Assembly (NCBI RefSeq): GCF_006345805.1
Contig: NC_043025.1
Span: 1,860,001-1,924,000 of the forward strand
Origin: Octopus sinensis
Lineage: Eukaryota
Direction: 5' to 3'
DNA: 64,000 nt
Made by a program: the position numbers and the translations under genes. This document shows, piece by piece, positions 11,074 to 23,212 of the stretch. Under the pieces are notes generated by a model. It saw only the letters and a program-made list of their open reading frames with translations. It was not told where the DNA came from and made no database searches. Within the stretch, counting starts at the first letter, position 1. Each line of letters starts with the position of its first letter.

Positions 11074-11746
11074 AGTGAGAGAGCAGCGCATGCCATCAAA
11101 GTGACACTGGGGTACAAATATACGAAGCCCAATATACCCATCATGACTACCCATCTGGTAAGGGAACACTAGGTACATGCATCAAAAGCATATGTGCGCG
11201 AAATGGTGATTTCATATTAAGATAAACAGCACATGACCTTGCAGGTGGGGCCCAGTTAGAATTTTCTTCTGGTCGAGTAACCCATCCCACTCAAAAGGTC
11301 CCTGAATAAGGGTTGTTTAAGGATGTTGAACGAAACACCCATGTTTCCAGAGGCGAATTATTCAAACCTCAAAGAATTCCTCTCAACACATGGCTATGAT
11401 GCTCCCCCACTACTTCTGTTCGTGATCAGAGATGCACATATCGTCACCCACAAAGGGACATGCTCAACTGGTTAAGGTCAAACAACTGACAAGCAAATAT
11501 TCGGCTCAATACCACAGATTTGCTTGTCAGTTGTTTGACCTTAACCAGTTGAGCATGTCCCTTTGTGGGTGACGATATGTGCATCTCTGATCACGAGCAG
11601 AAGTAGTGGGGGAGCATCATAGCCATGTGTTGAGAGGAATTCTTTGAGGTTAATTATACCAAGACAAAACAATGTACGTGATAACATTCGCAATCAGTTA
11701 AAATCAGAAGCCATGAGAGCAACTGCCTGGTACTGCATCAGAGCGT
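11074..11746. mobile_element. About 500-670 bp non-coding interspersed element embedded in (TTA)n; this copy has an internal inverted duplication
   Basis: gtgagagagcag...gcatcagagcg is homologous to 29490-29998 and 53102-53646; flanked by TTA repeats on both sides. Confidence 0.85.
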
Positions 11747-11769
11747 TATTATTATCATTATTATTATTA

Positions 11770-11855
<86 letters not shown>

Positions 11856-11858
<3 letters not shown>

Positions 11859-12181
11859 TAGTTTTATTTTTGTAACGTGCTTTCACTTCACTACCGAGCG
11901 CAGCTCTGTGTGCCTTGGGTATGTGCTGTAATTTGTTGTGATGCTCTGATGGTTATTGTATTGAAAGTGTTTTGCGTAGGATGTGTGCAGTGCCTAGTAG
12001 TGCAATTTTCTGTATGTTATATGTGTTTGTAAGTCCTGGTGTTTTTGTTATGTATTTGTCTGAATAGATTTTATCATGCCTAATGCACTTACTATGATAG
12101 GAATTGTTTCTGTTTTTAGATTCCTCGTTCGAGTTACCTCTATCTCCAGGTCTTTGTATTTTGAAAGTTTCTCCATTTCTT
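11856..12181 (-). mobile_element. R4/Dong-like retrotransposon family B, 5'-truncated 3' fragment
   Basis: Near-identical to 35399-35730 (end of RLE ORF + 3'UTR); TTA repeats on both sides. Confidence 0.88.
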
Positions 12182-12599
12182 TATTGTTATTATTATTTGT
12201 GTCGGTTTTGGAGACTAGTTGTTCGGAGCTCTAAGTTTTCTTTAGAATTTCTTGTTCCAATGTCTGTTTTCAAAATTTTATTGACGACAGAACCCACCTC
12301 GCTGTAATTGTGGCTAGCTGCGGTGGCCAGAATTCGCCCCTTAAAGGCGAATTTTGAGTTTTAAATACTACAAATTAATATTTTAAAAAGAAAAAGTTCA
12401 GTCTGGCTTCCCAAATCGAGGCAAGTAAAGGTTCTTACATCATCCGTTTTGACATTTTGTCACCTCCGCTTGTTAATATTTTTGAGAAACAAAGCAAAGA
12501 CAGCAGCAGCAGCAGCAGTAGCAGCAACAACAACAACAGCATCACAACCATCAGCACCAACAAAAACATAACAGAAAAATGAAGAGAAGGCAAGGAATC

Positions 12600-13300
12600 A
12601 ATCCACTTTGACCCTAAAAAAGAAGACACACCACCAGAAATAGACAGCTGATTCTTGGGGGTAGATGTCCCCTTGGACATATAGGTCAAAACGAGCATCT
12701 TACAGATGCGGAAACTTTACTAACAAAACTATTCGGGTCAAGGCCTAAAATTGTGGGTGAAAATGGGCAGCCAAAGTCTGGACACAATTCCAGATATCAT
12801 AAATTCACACGGTGGCACCAACCTCCACGTGGCCTTTGAAAGCTGATGGTTTCGGTATCATCTGTGTGGGGACACAAATCATCTAAAATTCTTCTATTGC
12901 CCACAACAAATTAGAGAAAGGAGCCTCTCACTTTTGCCAACATCATCACCACCACCACCACCACCACAGCAACAATAACAACAATAGCAACAGCACCAAC
13001 AGAGGCAGGTGACCATCGTGGCTACAAAATCAAGAGTAACAGTAGCAGCAACACTAATCGCAGCAGCAAAAACAACAGCATCAACCCCGGTCCCCATCAC
13101 CAAAAAAGCAACAACTTTATGAATAGGACAACATCATAAAGCTCTAAGAGATTTGCCCCTCCCCTGTTCGGAGCACTCAGACATACCTTTCGCGGAGGGG
13201 GACGACGAAAGACCAAAATGGCAAGAAGTCGCCTGAACACACAAAAGAAAAAGAAACAGAACCCAAAACACACAGACAATACAGACATAGACTTTCCCAA
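12600..13300 (+). mobile_element. Tx1/L1-like LINE ORF1 fragment (degenerate zinc knuckle)
   Basis: Plus frame GLKLWVKMGSQSLDTIPDIINSHGGTNLHVAFES*WFRYHLCGDTNHLKFFYCP resembles IPD...VEGRxPxCxxCGxxGHxxxxCP; an APE fragment follows in the same orientation at 14450. Confidence 0.6.
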
Positions 13301-14444
13301 ATGCATCAATAAATTAACATTGATATTTTTTCACCGTTGTTGCAATCATCTGAAATGGAACTGTCAAAGCGCGATATTCGAAAAATTTTCTATTCAGCAT
13401 CAAAAAAGGATGTAAACAGCTGAAACTGCTGACGATTTCAACGAAACATTTCATGAGGAAATAACCAGTGAGTGGTCAGCTAGAAAATGGTTTAAACGAT
13501 TTAGCAGTGGAAACCTGAAGATCATAAGCGTAGTGGTCCCCGTCTGTCATCGATGACGGTCAATTGAAGACCGTCATTGAGAAAGACCCACGTAAAACCA
13601 CTCGAGAAATGGCAAAAGTACTTCAAATTAGCCAGAAAATGCCTGAAACCATTTGCATGCGATCGGAAAATCAGAAAAGCTCGACAAATGAATACCTCAC
13701 CATTTGAATGAAAATCAGAAAATGTGAACTTATGAAGTGTGCTCGTCGCTTCTTCGCCGAAACCAGACCGACCCATTTCTTGACCGTATTTGCGATGAAA
13801 AGTAGATTCTGTATAGTAATAGAAAATGTTTTTTCGCAGTGGATGGACCCAAATGAAGCACCGAAAAGCTTCCCTAAACCCGATCTCTTCAAAAAAGAGG
13901 TTACGGTGATTGTTTAGTGATGTGCTGTTGGACTCATCGACTATACCTTATTAAAACCCCGAAAAACCATTACTGCAGAAACATATTACCAAGAAATTGC
14001 CAATATGAACGAAAAACTGCTACTCCTCTGTCTCAGACTGGTCAACAGAAGAGGCCCAATCATTCTTCATGACAATACTCGACCACACGTTTCGCTAATG
14101 ACGCCCCAGAGGTTTAGAGAATTTGGCTACGAAGTTCTTCCCTACTCAGCCTATTCCCCAGACCTTTCTCCCAACGACTACCACTTTTTCAAGTATCTTT
14201 ATGGTTTCCTTCGAGAGAAGGAGTTCAAAAATCAAACCGATGCTGAAAGCGCGTTCAAAGAGTCCATCAGCTCCAGAACTCCAGATTTTTATGTTAACAG
14301 AATAAACAAACTTTGTAACTCATTGGCAAAAATGTGTTTATAGTAATGGTACAGACTTTGATGAATAAAATGTCCGCATTGCTGAAATACATTGTGATGA
14401 ATTTCATGTTTCAAAACGTTGCTTACTTTTTACTCAGCCTGATA
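13300..14444 (+). mobile_element. mariner (DD34D) transposon, disabled transposase; 3' TIR present, 5' TIR not found
   Basis: MELSKRDIRKIF at 13355, KWFKRFSSG, LHDNTRPH, YSPDLSPNDYHFFK; ends gcttactttttactcagcctgaTA. Confidence 0.92.
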
Positions 14445-14449
14445 TTTAT

Positions 14450-14683
14450 TTCCATGTCAAACGGGAATGGGGGGTGGGGGTGGAATGGCAGTGTTGTCCC
14501 AGAGACCCCTGGATCTCAACACAAAGATTATCTTTCTGGACACAGAAGGTAAGTTGGTGGTCCTGGACGTCGTGAACAGTTGTAACGGAGGTGCCCTCAG
14601 TCTGGTGGCTGTTTACACCTCGGCAGGTTCAGGATAGCTGAACATCTTCAGACTTCTGGAGGTTTTCCTTGGAGTGTCTAGAG
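14450..14683 (+). mobile_element. Tx1/L1-like LINE ORF2 APE endonuclease fragment
   Basis: PCQTGMGGGGGMAVLSQRPLDLNTKIIFLDTEGKLVVLDVVNSCNGGALSLVAVYTSAGSG*LNIFRLLEVFLG matches APE motifs G-GVAVL, D-EGR-LVLD and L-xVYAP. Confidence 0.8.
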
Positions 14684-17600
14684 CAAGTGTCTGTAACCTG
14701 TGGCAAACGTGTCATGTGTAGCACGCGAAACAATTCACAATGGCATGCACACCACTTGGCAAAAACTAAAAGTAAATTTTTATTCATAACTAAATCTGAG
14801 GAAGCGACATCATAATAATTAAATTACATATCTTTTTTACGATCCATCTATTCTAGCCTAAACTATCTGAAGTTAGCTGTATTTGGTAGTATTACATTTC
14901 CTTAAAAATATAGTACTACTGAACACAATTTTGATACGAAATAATGAATGTTAGCACAATTAATTTGTTTGTAAGCTGGTGCCGAAAGCATTCATATGTA
15001 CCCTATCACTGAAGCCGGGAGCTAGAGGTGCGAACGCTTATTGTTTCGAACTCGGCTATATATTTAGCAGTGCAGATTATAATATGTTGAACTTGGTTAA
15101 CCACTTTACAGCAGCCAGTCTAAATAAAGACACTCTTTAAAATGGACTCCTACATTGCGGGTCGTCTATAAGTAGACGCTTTTAAAATTATTCTTTCATT
15201 TTGGAAAGAAAAAGCGGTAACGAGTAGGATTTTGAAAAGGAAATAAACATGAAAAGCCAAAATTAGTTATTTTTTTTTCTTAGGTTATAGTTATTTTCTT
15301 CGTGAGTCAAGTTGTCTGATCTTTTGAGTTTTTTTTTTTGTTTATTCATATCATCTATTTTAATCTAATTATTTTATTATTACAAAAATTAATTCATTAA
15401 ATTAATTCCGTTCTTTTTTACTATTTATTTTATTCTAATTATCTTTATTTAAATATTTTTATTTTCATTTTTAGAACCTGATTTAAGGGTTATACACCAG
15501 TCATATCAATTATCAATATATAGTGCCCCAAATTGAATAACAAAGGACCAAAATTTGACGTTCGTTCATTTCAAGATTTCTGGAGCACTGAGTATGGATT
15601 TGTATAACAAAATCATCGAGCTGTGTGTGCGTTCTGCTGTGAATTTGTCGTATGTCGTACATCAAGTGTACAAAGACACTATCAAACTAGACACCAGACT
15701 ATATTTAAAAACGCTGATGATAAAAGGTAAGTCATAAAACGGGCTAATTCTAGTTACAAAAAAAGCACTTCTATTTTTGTTCAAATGCTTGGAACCAACA
15801 ATGAAGCCAAATAATGTAGTTACACAATTGCTCAATGTATAGCTGAGAAAGGTAAACCTTTTACAGCCGGAGAATTTATCAAAAAAACTTTTCGAGAATT
15901 GCTAAAATTTTGTTCAGTGATTAAGCAAACGCTGAACAAATACTGTCTCGAATTCAAGAAATACCAACTTCTGCATGATCAGTTGAGAGACGTATAACTG
16001 ATATCGATGAAAACATAACAATAAAACAAAAAGTTGGATTACAAAATGATGCTGCATTCAGCGACCCCTTTCGATGAAAGTACTGACGTGAATGACATGG
16101 CGCACCTAGCAATTGTTGCAAGATATTGTGACAATGATCGTATTTACGAAGAATCATGTTGTTTGATTATTCCTCTTACCAATACATCAGACATTCTGAC
16201 TGCATTTCTAAATTATTTCGAAAATCAAGCCATTAATACAAATAAAATATTTTGTATTACTACTGGTGGTGCACGTGCAATGGTTGGAAAGGAAAAAAGA
16301 TTTATTAAGCGTCTTGAAAATCACATTTCACGCAGTGTAATGTGTTTTAATTGCATTGTACATCGGGAAAATTTAGTTGCAAAACTTTCGTCACAAAGCT
16401 TCAGTTCTGTCGTGGAGACTGTTGTTAAAATAGTTAACTTCATGGTTTCTCGCTCTTCACTGGCTCACAGACAATTTAAGTCTCTTCTGCAAGAACTGGA
16501 CAGCGAATATGCAGACTTCCCACTTCACAGTAAAGTCCTGCAGCGTAGACTCGGTTAAAATTCCCCTCTCCCATATATTTATATACGTGCATTCGAACGT
16601 AGCAGGGAACAGCTAGCCTTTTGCCGCTATTTCGATCCTGTTGTGTCCACTACTCTGATTAGTTGGTATTGGCGCAATTTGTAGGGCCGAATTGCCGCGT
16701 ATAACCTGTCGGAGTCCCTAAATACGATCACCTGCGACAGCCTGTTCACTACCCCGTTTTGGCCTACTTCTCCTTATAAAAAATCAGCTTTTTCTCCTTT
16801 CGAGGTCTTTTGGTTCCAGACCTTTTAAGGACTAGCCTCTGACCACAAAGACACAGCCAGTTCCAGAGACTTACCAACTTTGTCCAACAGCATTCCAACA
16901 ACCTCCATCTTCGTCGCTATCACCATGTCCTTAACGTCTTCAACATCATCTCTCTACGTACACAGCTCTGCAAGCGATGCACCCAGGTTCCAACACTTCA
17001 CTGTTCATGAATTACTTCATCATGGGTCAACAACAAATATACAACCAGTATGAATTCCTGTACAAGTTACCCAGGCAGCAGCATCACAGCCACGACATCA
17101 CGTTCAACATATACCTCTAATTGTCTCCTACATCTATGAACCCATACGCATACATTCTGTTCTCATGACGGCATGTCTATCGTTCAGTATACATGACACA
17201 TCTGTTAACATATCAATAAATCTTCTTTTAATCATTCTACGCGGTTGTCTCCTTTTTCCATCAGGCAAATAGATGGTACTATCAATTTTCTCTTTTGTGA
17301 GGGCTGTGTGGTGTGGTACTAAAGAACCATTCTTGTCACCTCGCATCGCACGGTCCTTACAGTCCGTTGATTTTGTCGGGTAATGTTTTGAACAGATTTG
17401 TATCATGCTTAGAAGAAATCAAAATATTTCTTGAAAGGAAAGAGATGCCAGAATTGAACAACGAAGACGAGTTATTTAAACTGATACTTCTAACTGACAG
17501 TCACTTGAATGATTAAAATTTGCAAACAGTACTTGATCTTTTTGAATACTGGGAAGGATTTTTGTTAAAATCAGACTTTTTTTGGCGTGATACACTTAGC

Positions 17601-18015
17601 AATACATAAAAATACTTTCCAAATGTAAAAGCTTATTGAAATCGATTTAATATTTAATAAAAATGAACTTCAAAAATATATTGCAACGTTGAAAGAAAAA
17701 TTTTCCAAGTGAGATAAAGATTTCGAAACAGACGCTCCAATATTTTCATTTCTCATCAAACCCGACTTTGAGGGATTTGGAAACAAACCCATTTCATCTA
17801 TCACTTTTTAGCTCAACAACAAATATACAGGATAGTTTTGAAGTGGAAATGATTGGGGGGATTATGGGGAAAAGAATTTATGGAATTACGAAAATCTCTT
17901 GAAAAAAGCATTTAGAGAACTGAAGATCAGTCGCTGGAAGACGTTGCCTGAAAGATTCAATTCTTTGAAGAAAATCGCCTCAGCTCGGCTTTAACCCTTT
18001 AGCTCAACATATACA
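14684..18015 (+). mobile_element. hAT (Charlie/Buster, GTF2IRD2/EPM2AIP1-like) transposon, disabled, right end missing, interrupted by a solo LTR
   Basis: Left TIR caagtgtctgtaacctg after an nnnTAnnn site (gtcTAgag); BED-like RSFQDFWSTEYGF..AVCAFC..RHYQTRH; DESTD, CIVHRE, HSKVR-(W)..RGNVLNRF; truncated near PFSSTY. Confidence 0.9.
16539..17361. mobile_element. Solo LTR (TG...CA, 823 bp) with 4-bp TSD GTCC
   Basis: gtcc|TGCAGCG...CCTTACA|gtcc; removing it and one TSD rejoins the hAT motif HSKV-R*FCR..NVLNRF. Confidence 0.82.
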
Positions 18016-18939
18016 GGATTACCCACAAACAACAGAACCCATAGAATTTCGCTTTCCGGCTACGAAATCCATTCACAAGGATTTGGTCGTCCCGAGACTA
18101 TAGTAGGAGGCAATTTCCCAAATGAAATGCAGTGGAAACTGAACCTGGATCTATGTGCTTCCGAAGTAAGTTTCTTACCACACAGACACGCCTATGTATG
18201 AGTGTTTATGTATAAGTCTATAAATAGGATGAACATGACAAACAAATGTCTAACTAATAGTTCTTACGTGCATGTAACAACGCTATGGTTGCTTGGAACC
18301 AAATGCTCACCGACAAATGACCGTCAGGAACAACGTTATTCTATTAAGTTGCATAGTTATAGAAAGATGAGAGAGATGGAAAAATAAATCATATATATAT
18401 GTGTGTGTATATATAAATAAATGTTAAATCTTAAAAGAAAAGTAACAAAAATTGATTTATCTATTCGCATTCTGAGTTCCTTTCCAGTCGAACTCCCCTT
18501 TGCCTTTCATTTCTCAGAGGTGCTGAAGTCCAATTAGTCGACTGACCACTTCCCCCACAATAGCACAACCACTGGCATTCTACCTAACCCAGAAATTACT
18601 TTCTGGCGGCAATCTAGGGTTTTAGGACAAAGAATTGCTACGCGGTTTCATATGTAATCATGTATGGTTATTTAAAGATGCATGAGGATATATATACATA
18701 CACAAACACGCACAAATACATGTGTGTGTAGGAGTGTGTGCATGTGAGTGTGTGTATGTATGTACGTTTGTATATATATATATATGTATGTATATATATA
18801 TGTATATATGGAAGTATATATGAGCATGTGTCTACATGTGTGTGCGAAACATTCACACACACACATATATATAGGTATATAAATACATATATATATATTC
18901 ATACGCATTTAGATATATACACACACACATATATAAATG

Positions 18940-19267
18940 TGTATTTTTTTTCTTTAATTCTTTTACTTGTTGGAGAAATTTGCCTGCGCCCATGCTGGAG
19001 CACCATATCAAAAGCCTTGAAGCCCAATAAACTGACATCAGGGCTTATTCTTTGTAAGCGAATTACTTATTTTATTGCCGCATTTGCCGAACCGTAATGT
19101 TAAGGAGGGGCGTAAAAAAACTACTGTCAAGATATGAATGGGTAACAAACACAGTCGCAAAGACACAACACACACACAAACAAACAAGTCATACACACAC
19201 ACACACACACATATACATTTATATATATATATATATACCATATATATATATAAATATATAAATATAA

Positions 19268-19315
<48 letters not shown>

Positions 19316-19465
19316 ACTTCTTTCGGTTTCCGTCTACCAATCCACTCGTAAGCTTTGGTCGGCTCGAAGCTAAAGTAGAAGACACTTTCCCAAATTGACA
19401 TGCAGTGAAACTGAACCTGGAATTATCTGCTTGTGAACCATGTTTCTTACCACATAGCCACGCCA
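18940..19465 (-). mobile_element. SINE family 1 (further minus copies: 18045-18190 head, 23275-23760, 24560-25070, 27530-27880, 28335-28490, 45445-45810, 46770-46925, 57420-57890, 58665-59105, 62810-63000)
   Basis: Reverse complement of ggcgtggctatgtggtaag...ggttcagtttcactgc...gtgtcttctact...(TA)n/(TG)n...tgctccagcatgg...aagtaaaagaattaaag. Confidence 0.8.
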
Positions 19466-19714
19466 ATACATATGTATTTATGTATAAGTCTATATATAGG
19501 ATGAACAGGACAAACAAATATTTCAATAATAATTCTGACGAGTGTAACAACGTTATGGTTGCTTGGAACCAAATGCTCACCGAAAAAGATCGTCATGAAC
19601 AAAGTTATTCTATTAAGTCTCATATTTATAAAGATAGAGAGAGAGAGAGAAAATTAAATCATATATAGGTGAGTGTATATATAAATGTAAAATCTTAAAA
19701 GAAAAGTTTAAAAA

Positions 19715-20650
19715 ATTTTTTACCTCTATAACGCCGGATCAAAATATGACTTCAGTTTGAATTTTTGACAAAAATTAAATCTTTTATCCACTTATCTGAA
19801 TATTCTATTGCCTCATATAAGTCTTTGTCTCACGTTCCAGCTGCTATCCGATAAGCATACTGAATGAAATACCCTGTTGTAATAATTCTCTACTTATTTT
19901 TAAAACGAGAGTTGCAGTATTTTCTCTTGATGTATGTGAGTGGCTGCATTCTTTAATATCCAGAAAATAAATCCATTTTCCAGCTAGTCACCATTCCTAC
20001 AAGTCAAGTGTTGAAATGGTCGCTGTGCAACATGATATGAAGTGTTCTCCGCACAATACACCTCTCGGTCCTGTATTTGAAATCACGACCTTGTTATCGA
20101 GAGTAGCATCCTTAATCACGATTTCATGTGTCCTCGACTTCTATTATATTACCAAAACTTTATTTTTCATATGTCCTGGCAACACCCAGAGAATATTCTT
20201 ATCTACTTTGACGCTTTCTAAAACAAACGCCATTGTTTTAATCGATTATTGGGATGGCGATATTTGCTCAAGACACGACCTCATCTCTCGAGTTACTAAA
20301 ATGCAAACCCGACGAATTTCCCTCCTCTCCCAGAATATATTCACTTGGTTGTAAAGTATTCTTGTTGTTCACTGATGATAAGACAATGATCAGAGGCGTT
20401 TCGGTCATGATCATCCGTCGATTCACTTACATCGTAATGTGTGTTGTGTTCTTTCCGTGGTTAAGCGGTAGGGTGTGAGACAATGGAATATCATTGTCTC
20501 AAATGCTTACGATAGGGCTGATTGCGCAAATGTTCAAGTAATGGACATTCATTAGTCCTGAAACCTACACCTACAATCATTATTGTAATGCATCACATGA
20601 TGTCGATGTTAATTTTCATAGATCTTTCCGAAATATAAGTCCGACCTTAC
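19715..20650. repeat. About 0.9 kb multi-copy block with coding-like character (also 25325-26265, 42240-43160, 55975-56850, 59355-60270; diverged copies 40420-41100, 55265-55815); possible decayed gene segment
   Basis: Shared strings e.g. aataaatccattttccagcta, ttatctacttgacgcttttctaaaacaaacgccattg, gagacaatggaatatcattgtctc. Every copy has stops or frameshifts. Confidence 0.75.
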
Positions 20651-21153
20651 TATCAAGATGCACCATCAATTTATTAAATGACATCTAGGACTGAATTATT
20701 CTGCTACTAGCAGAAGAATGAAAGTGATATTCTACGTGGTTTACTTTCCATGTGTGTTTAGCATATTGTAACTTTCATGTACATGGGTTATCTCTAGTAC
20801 AACATACCCTCGAAAATTTAGGGACGTCCAGTTCACCCTGCGTAACTTGCCGCTGGACTCACACAGCAGATGCAGGTACTAGAGGGTAAAGATGGTACTA
20901 ATTCCCTAAGTTGTTCACGTGAGCATCTGCATACCAATTTATTATTATTCCATATACACTGAACAGTTTAGATTGTGTGAGTACGTTTGTGTATGTATAC
21001 ATATATGTATATATATATATATATTAATATATATGTGGGCGTTTAATGTGCATGTGGTGTGTGTGAGTACATGCACAAGTATACGGGGTTCAACATACAC
21101 ACACAGACACACACACGCGCACATACATACACACACACACTCACCATATTTGC

Positions 21154-21200
<47 letters not shown>

Positions 21201-21203
<3 letters not shown>

Positions 21204-22811
21204 TGGCGGGGGTAACTATTCGTAAACGTCAAAATTCTTTATATATCTAATTTCTAATGAACATAATGGGGGATACCAATACTATATTTGCATACACATG
21301 CATAATCTAAGATATGCAAAAGAAACTAATAAATATAGTTACCACGGAATTTATATACATTTATAAATATTTAGGTGGGGGGAAGAATTCATACAGAACA
21401 TAAATAACTGATAATTCTGAGTTAATACTTCGTAGCATAACCATTATTCAGTTCTACTTGAACCAATCTCTTCTTGTAGTTCTTAATCAATGACTTGCAT
21501 GTTTCTGTAGGAATTTTTTCCCATTCTTCTTGACAAATTTTCTTCAAATCTGGAATGCACGTTGGGGCTCTTGAATGAATTTTAATTTTCAAGTAACGCC
21601 AAAAATTTTTAATGAGGTTCAAGTCAGGTGACTGGCTTGGCCAATCTAATAATTTTATATTGTGATCGACAATCCATTTGTTGGGAGACTTTGCCGTGTG
21701 CTTAGGTTTCTTATCCTGATGTAAAACCCAGCCTTCTCAGAGCTGGAGCTTTTCAATAGAGTCCCATAACGTATTGTTCAAAATATTTTGGCACATCTCT
21801 GCATTCATTCTACCATCTATTACATGTAAATTGCCAGTACCATTTTCAGAGAAACACCCCCAACACCATGATGTTGCAAACTCCCAACTTTATGGTAGGA
21901 ATTGTGTTTTTTTGGCGAATAGGCAGTACCATCTTTCCTCCAAACATGGCTACGCGAATTTCGTTCAAACAATTCAATTTTCGACTCATCTGTCCATAGA
22001 ACATTTTCCCAGAATGTATCAGATTTATCTTTATGTTCATAAACAAATGTTAAATGGGCATTGCTATGCCTTTAATCAACAGCGGAGTTTTTCTAGGAGA
22101 GCTTGACTTCAGTTCATTCCTATGAAGTTCATTGCTGATTGTTCGTAGTGTAACACTTGTCCCTGAAGCTAACAAATCTTCTGGCAACTCCTTTCCGGTG
22201 TATCATTGGTTTTTTTTATATTCTTCCTTCGCTTCATTTTCTTAAAGATCTAGGGGAAATCTTGCATGGTGTACTGGATCTTATTCTGTTTTCAACAGTT
22301 CCCCCGATTTTTTATATCTTTGAATAAATGAAGATATGGTAGAAAATAGAATACAAAGGATCTCTGATATTTTCCTGTAACTTTTACCTGCTTTCCACTG
22401 TTCAATAATTAAATTTTTCACTGTATTTGTGAGTTCTTTACTTTTCGCCATTATTACGATACTAATTTTACGTTGTCTCAGTGCTGAATGAAGAAGCAAG
22501 CGTTTTGACACTTAAAAATGACAACTGATAAGATTATTGGAACAACGAGAAAGTTCTAGTAAAAGAAAATTATTTTTAACAGTATTTTGTGGCTTAGAAA
22601 ATCATAAATTATTCTGCACGAATACTATACTTTTTTCACCCCTAAATACTTATGATTGTATATAAATCCTTAATTTATTAGTTTCTTTTGCATATTCTTA
22701 GTTGATGCATGTGTATGCAAATATAGTATTGGTATATCCCATTTATGTTCATTAGAAATTAAATAAATAAAGAATCTTGACGTGTACGAATATTGATTTC
22801 CCCCCCCCATG
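21201..22811 (-). mobile_element. Tc1-like (DD34E) transposon with about 200-bp IR/DR termini, inserted at TA in a (TA)n tract; disabled
   Basis: TA|cagtggcggggg...tattcgtaaacgtcaa mirrors ttgacgtgtacgaatattg...ccccccccatg|TA. MAKSKELT..HTH, WSDESK, QDN-PKH, WPSQSPDLN..KNFW, GYATKY are split by frameshifts. Confidence 0.93.
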
Positions 22812-22825
22812 TATATATAAAAATG

Positions 22826-23212
22826 TGGGAACGCAATGGCCCAGTGGTTAGGGCAGCGGACTCGCGGTCGTAGGATCGCGGTTTCGATTCCCAGACCGGG
22901 CGTTCTGAGTGTTTATTGAGCGAAAACACCTAAAAGCTCCACAAGGTTCCGGCAGGGATGATGGTGATCCCTGCTGTACTCTTTCACTCTTCACCACAAC
23001 TTTCTCTCACTCTTACTTAGAGTTTCTGTTGTACGTGTATTTCAAGGGCCGCCATTGTCACTCTCTGTGTCACGCTGAATATCCCCGAGAACTACGTTAA
23101 GGGTACACGTGTCCTTGGAGTGCTCAGCCACTTACACGTTAATTTCACGAGCAGGCTGTTCCGTTGATCGGATCAACCGGAACCCTCATCGTCGTAACCG
23201 ACGGAGTGCTTC
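22826..23212 (+). mobile_element. tRNA-derived SINE, family 3
   Basis: A-box tggcccagtggttagg and B-box ggtttcgattccc, then an unrelated body ending ...cgtaaccgacggagtgcttcca + (TA)n; no tRNA 3' acceptor stem. Confidence 0.8.

Noticed and set aside
19721-19795. About 72-nt AG...GT segment on the minus strand in the multi-copy block, resembling an LRR exon in size
   Set aside because: Stops in all frames, no LRR consensus, and length not conserved among copies (74 nt near 25330).
22826-22905. tRNA gene
   Set aside because: A/B boxes are present, but there is no closing acceptor stem and it runs into a SINE body.
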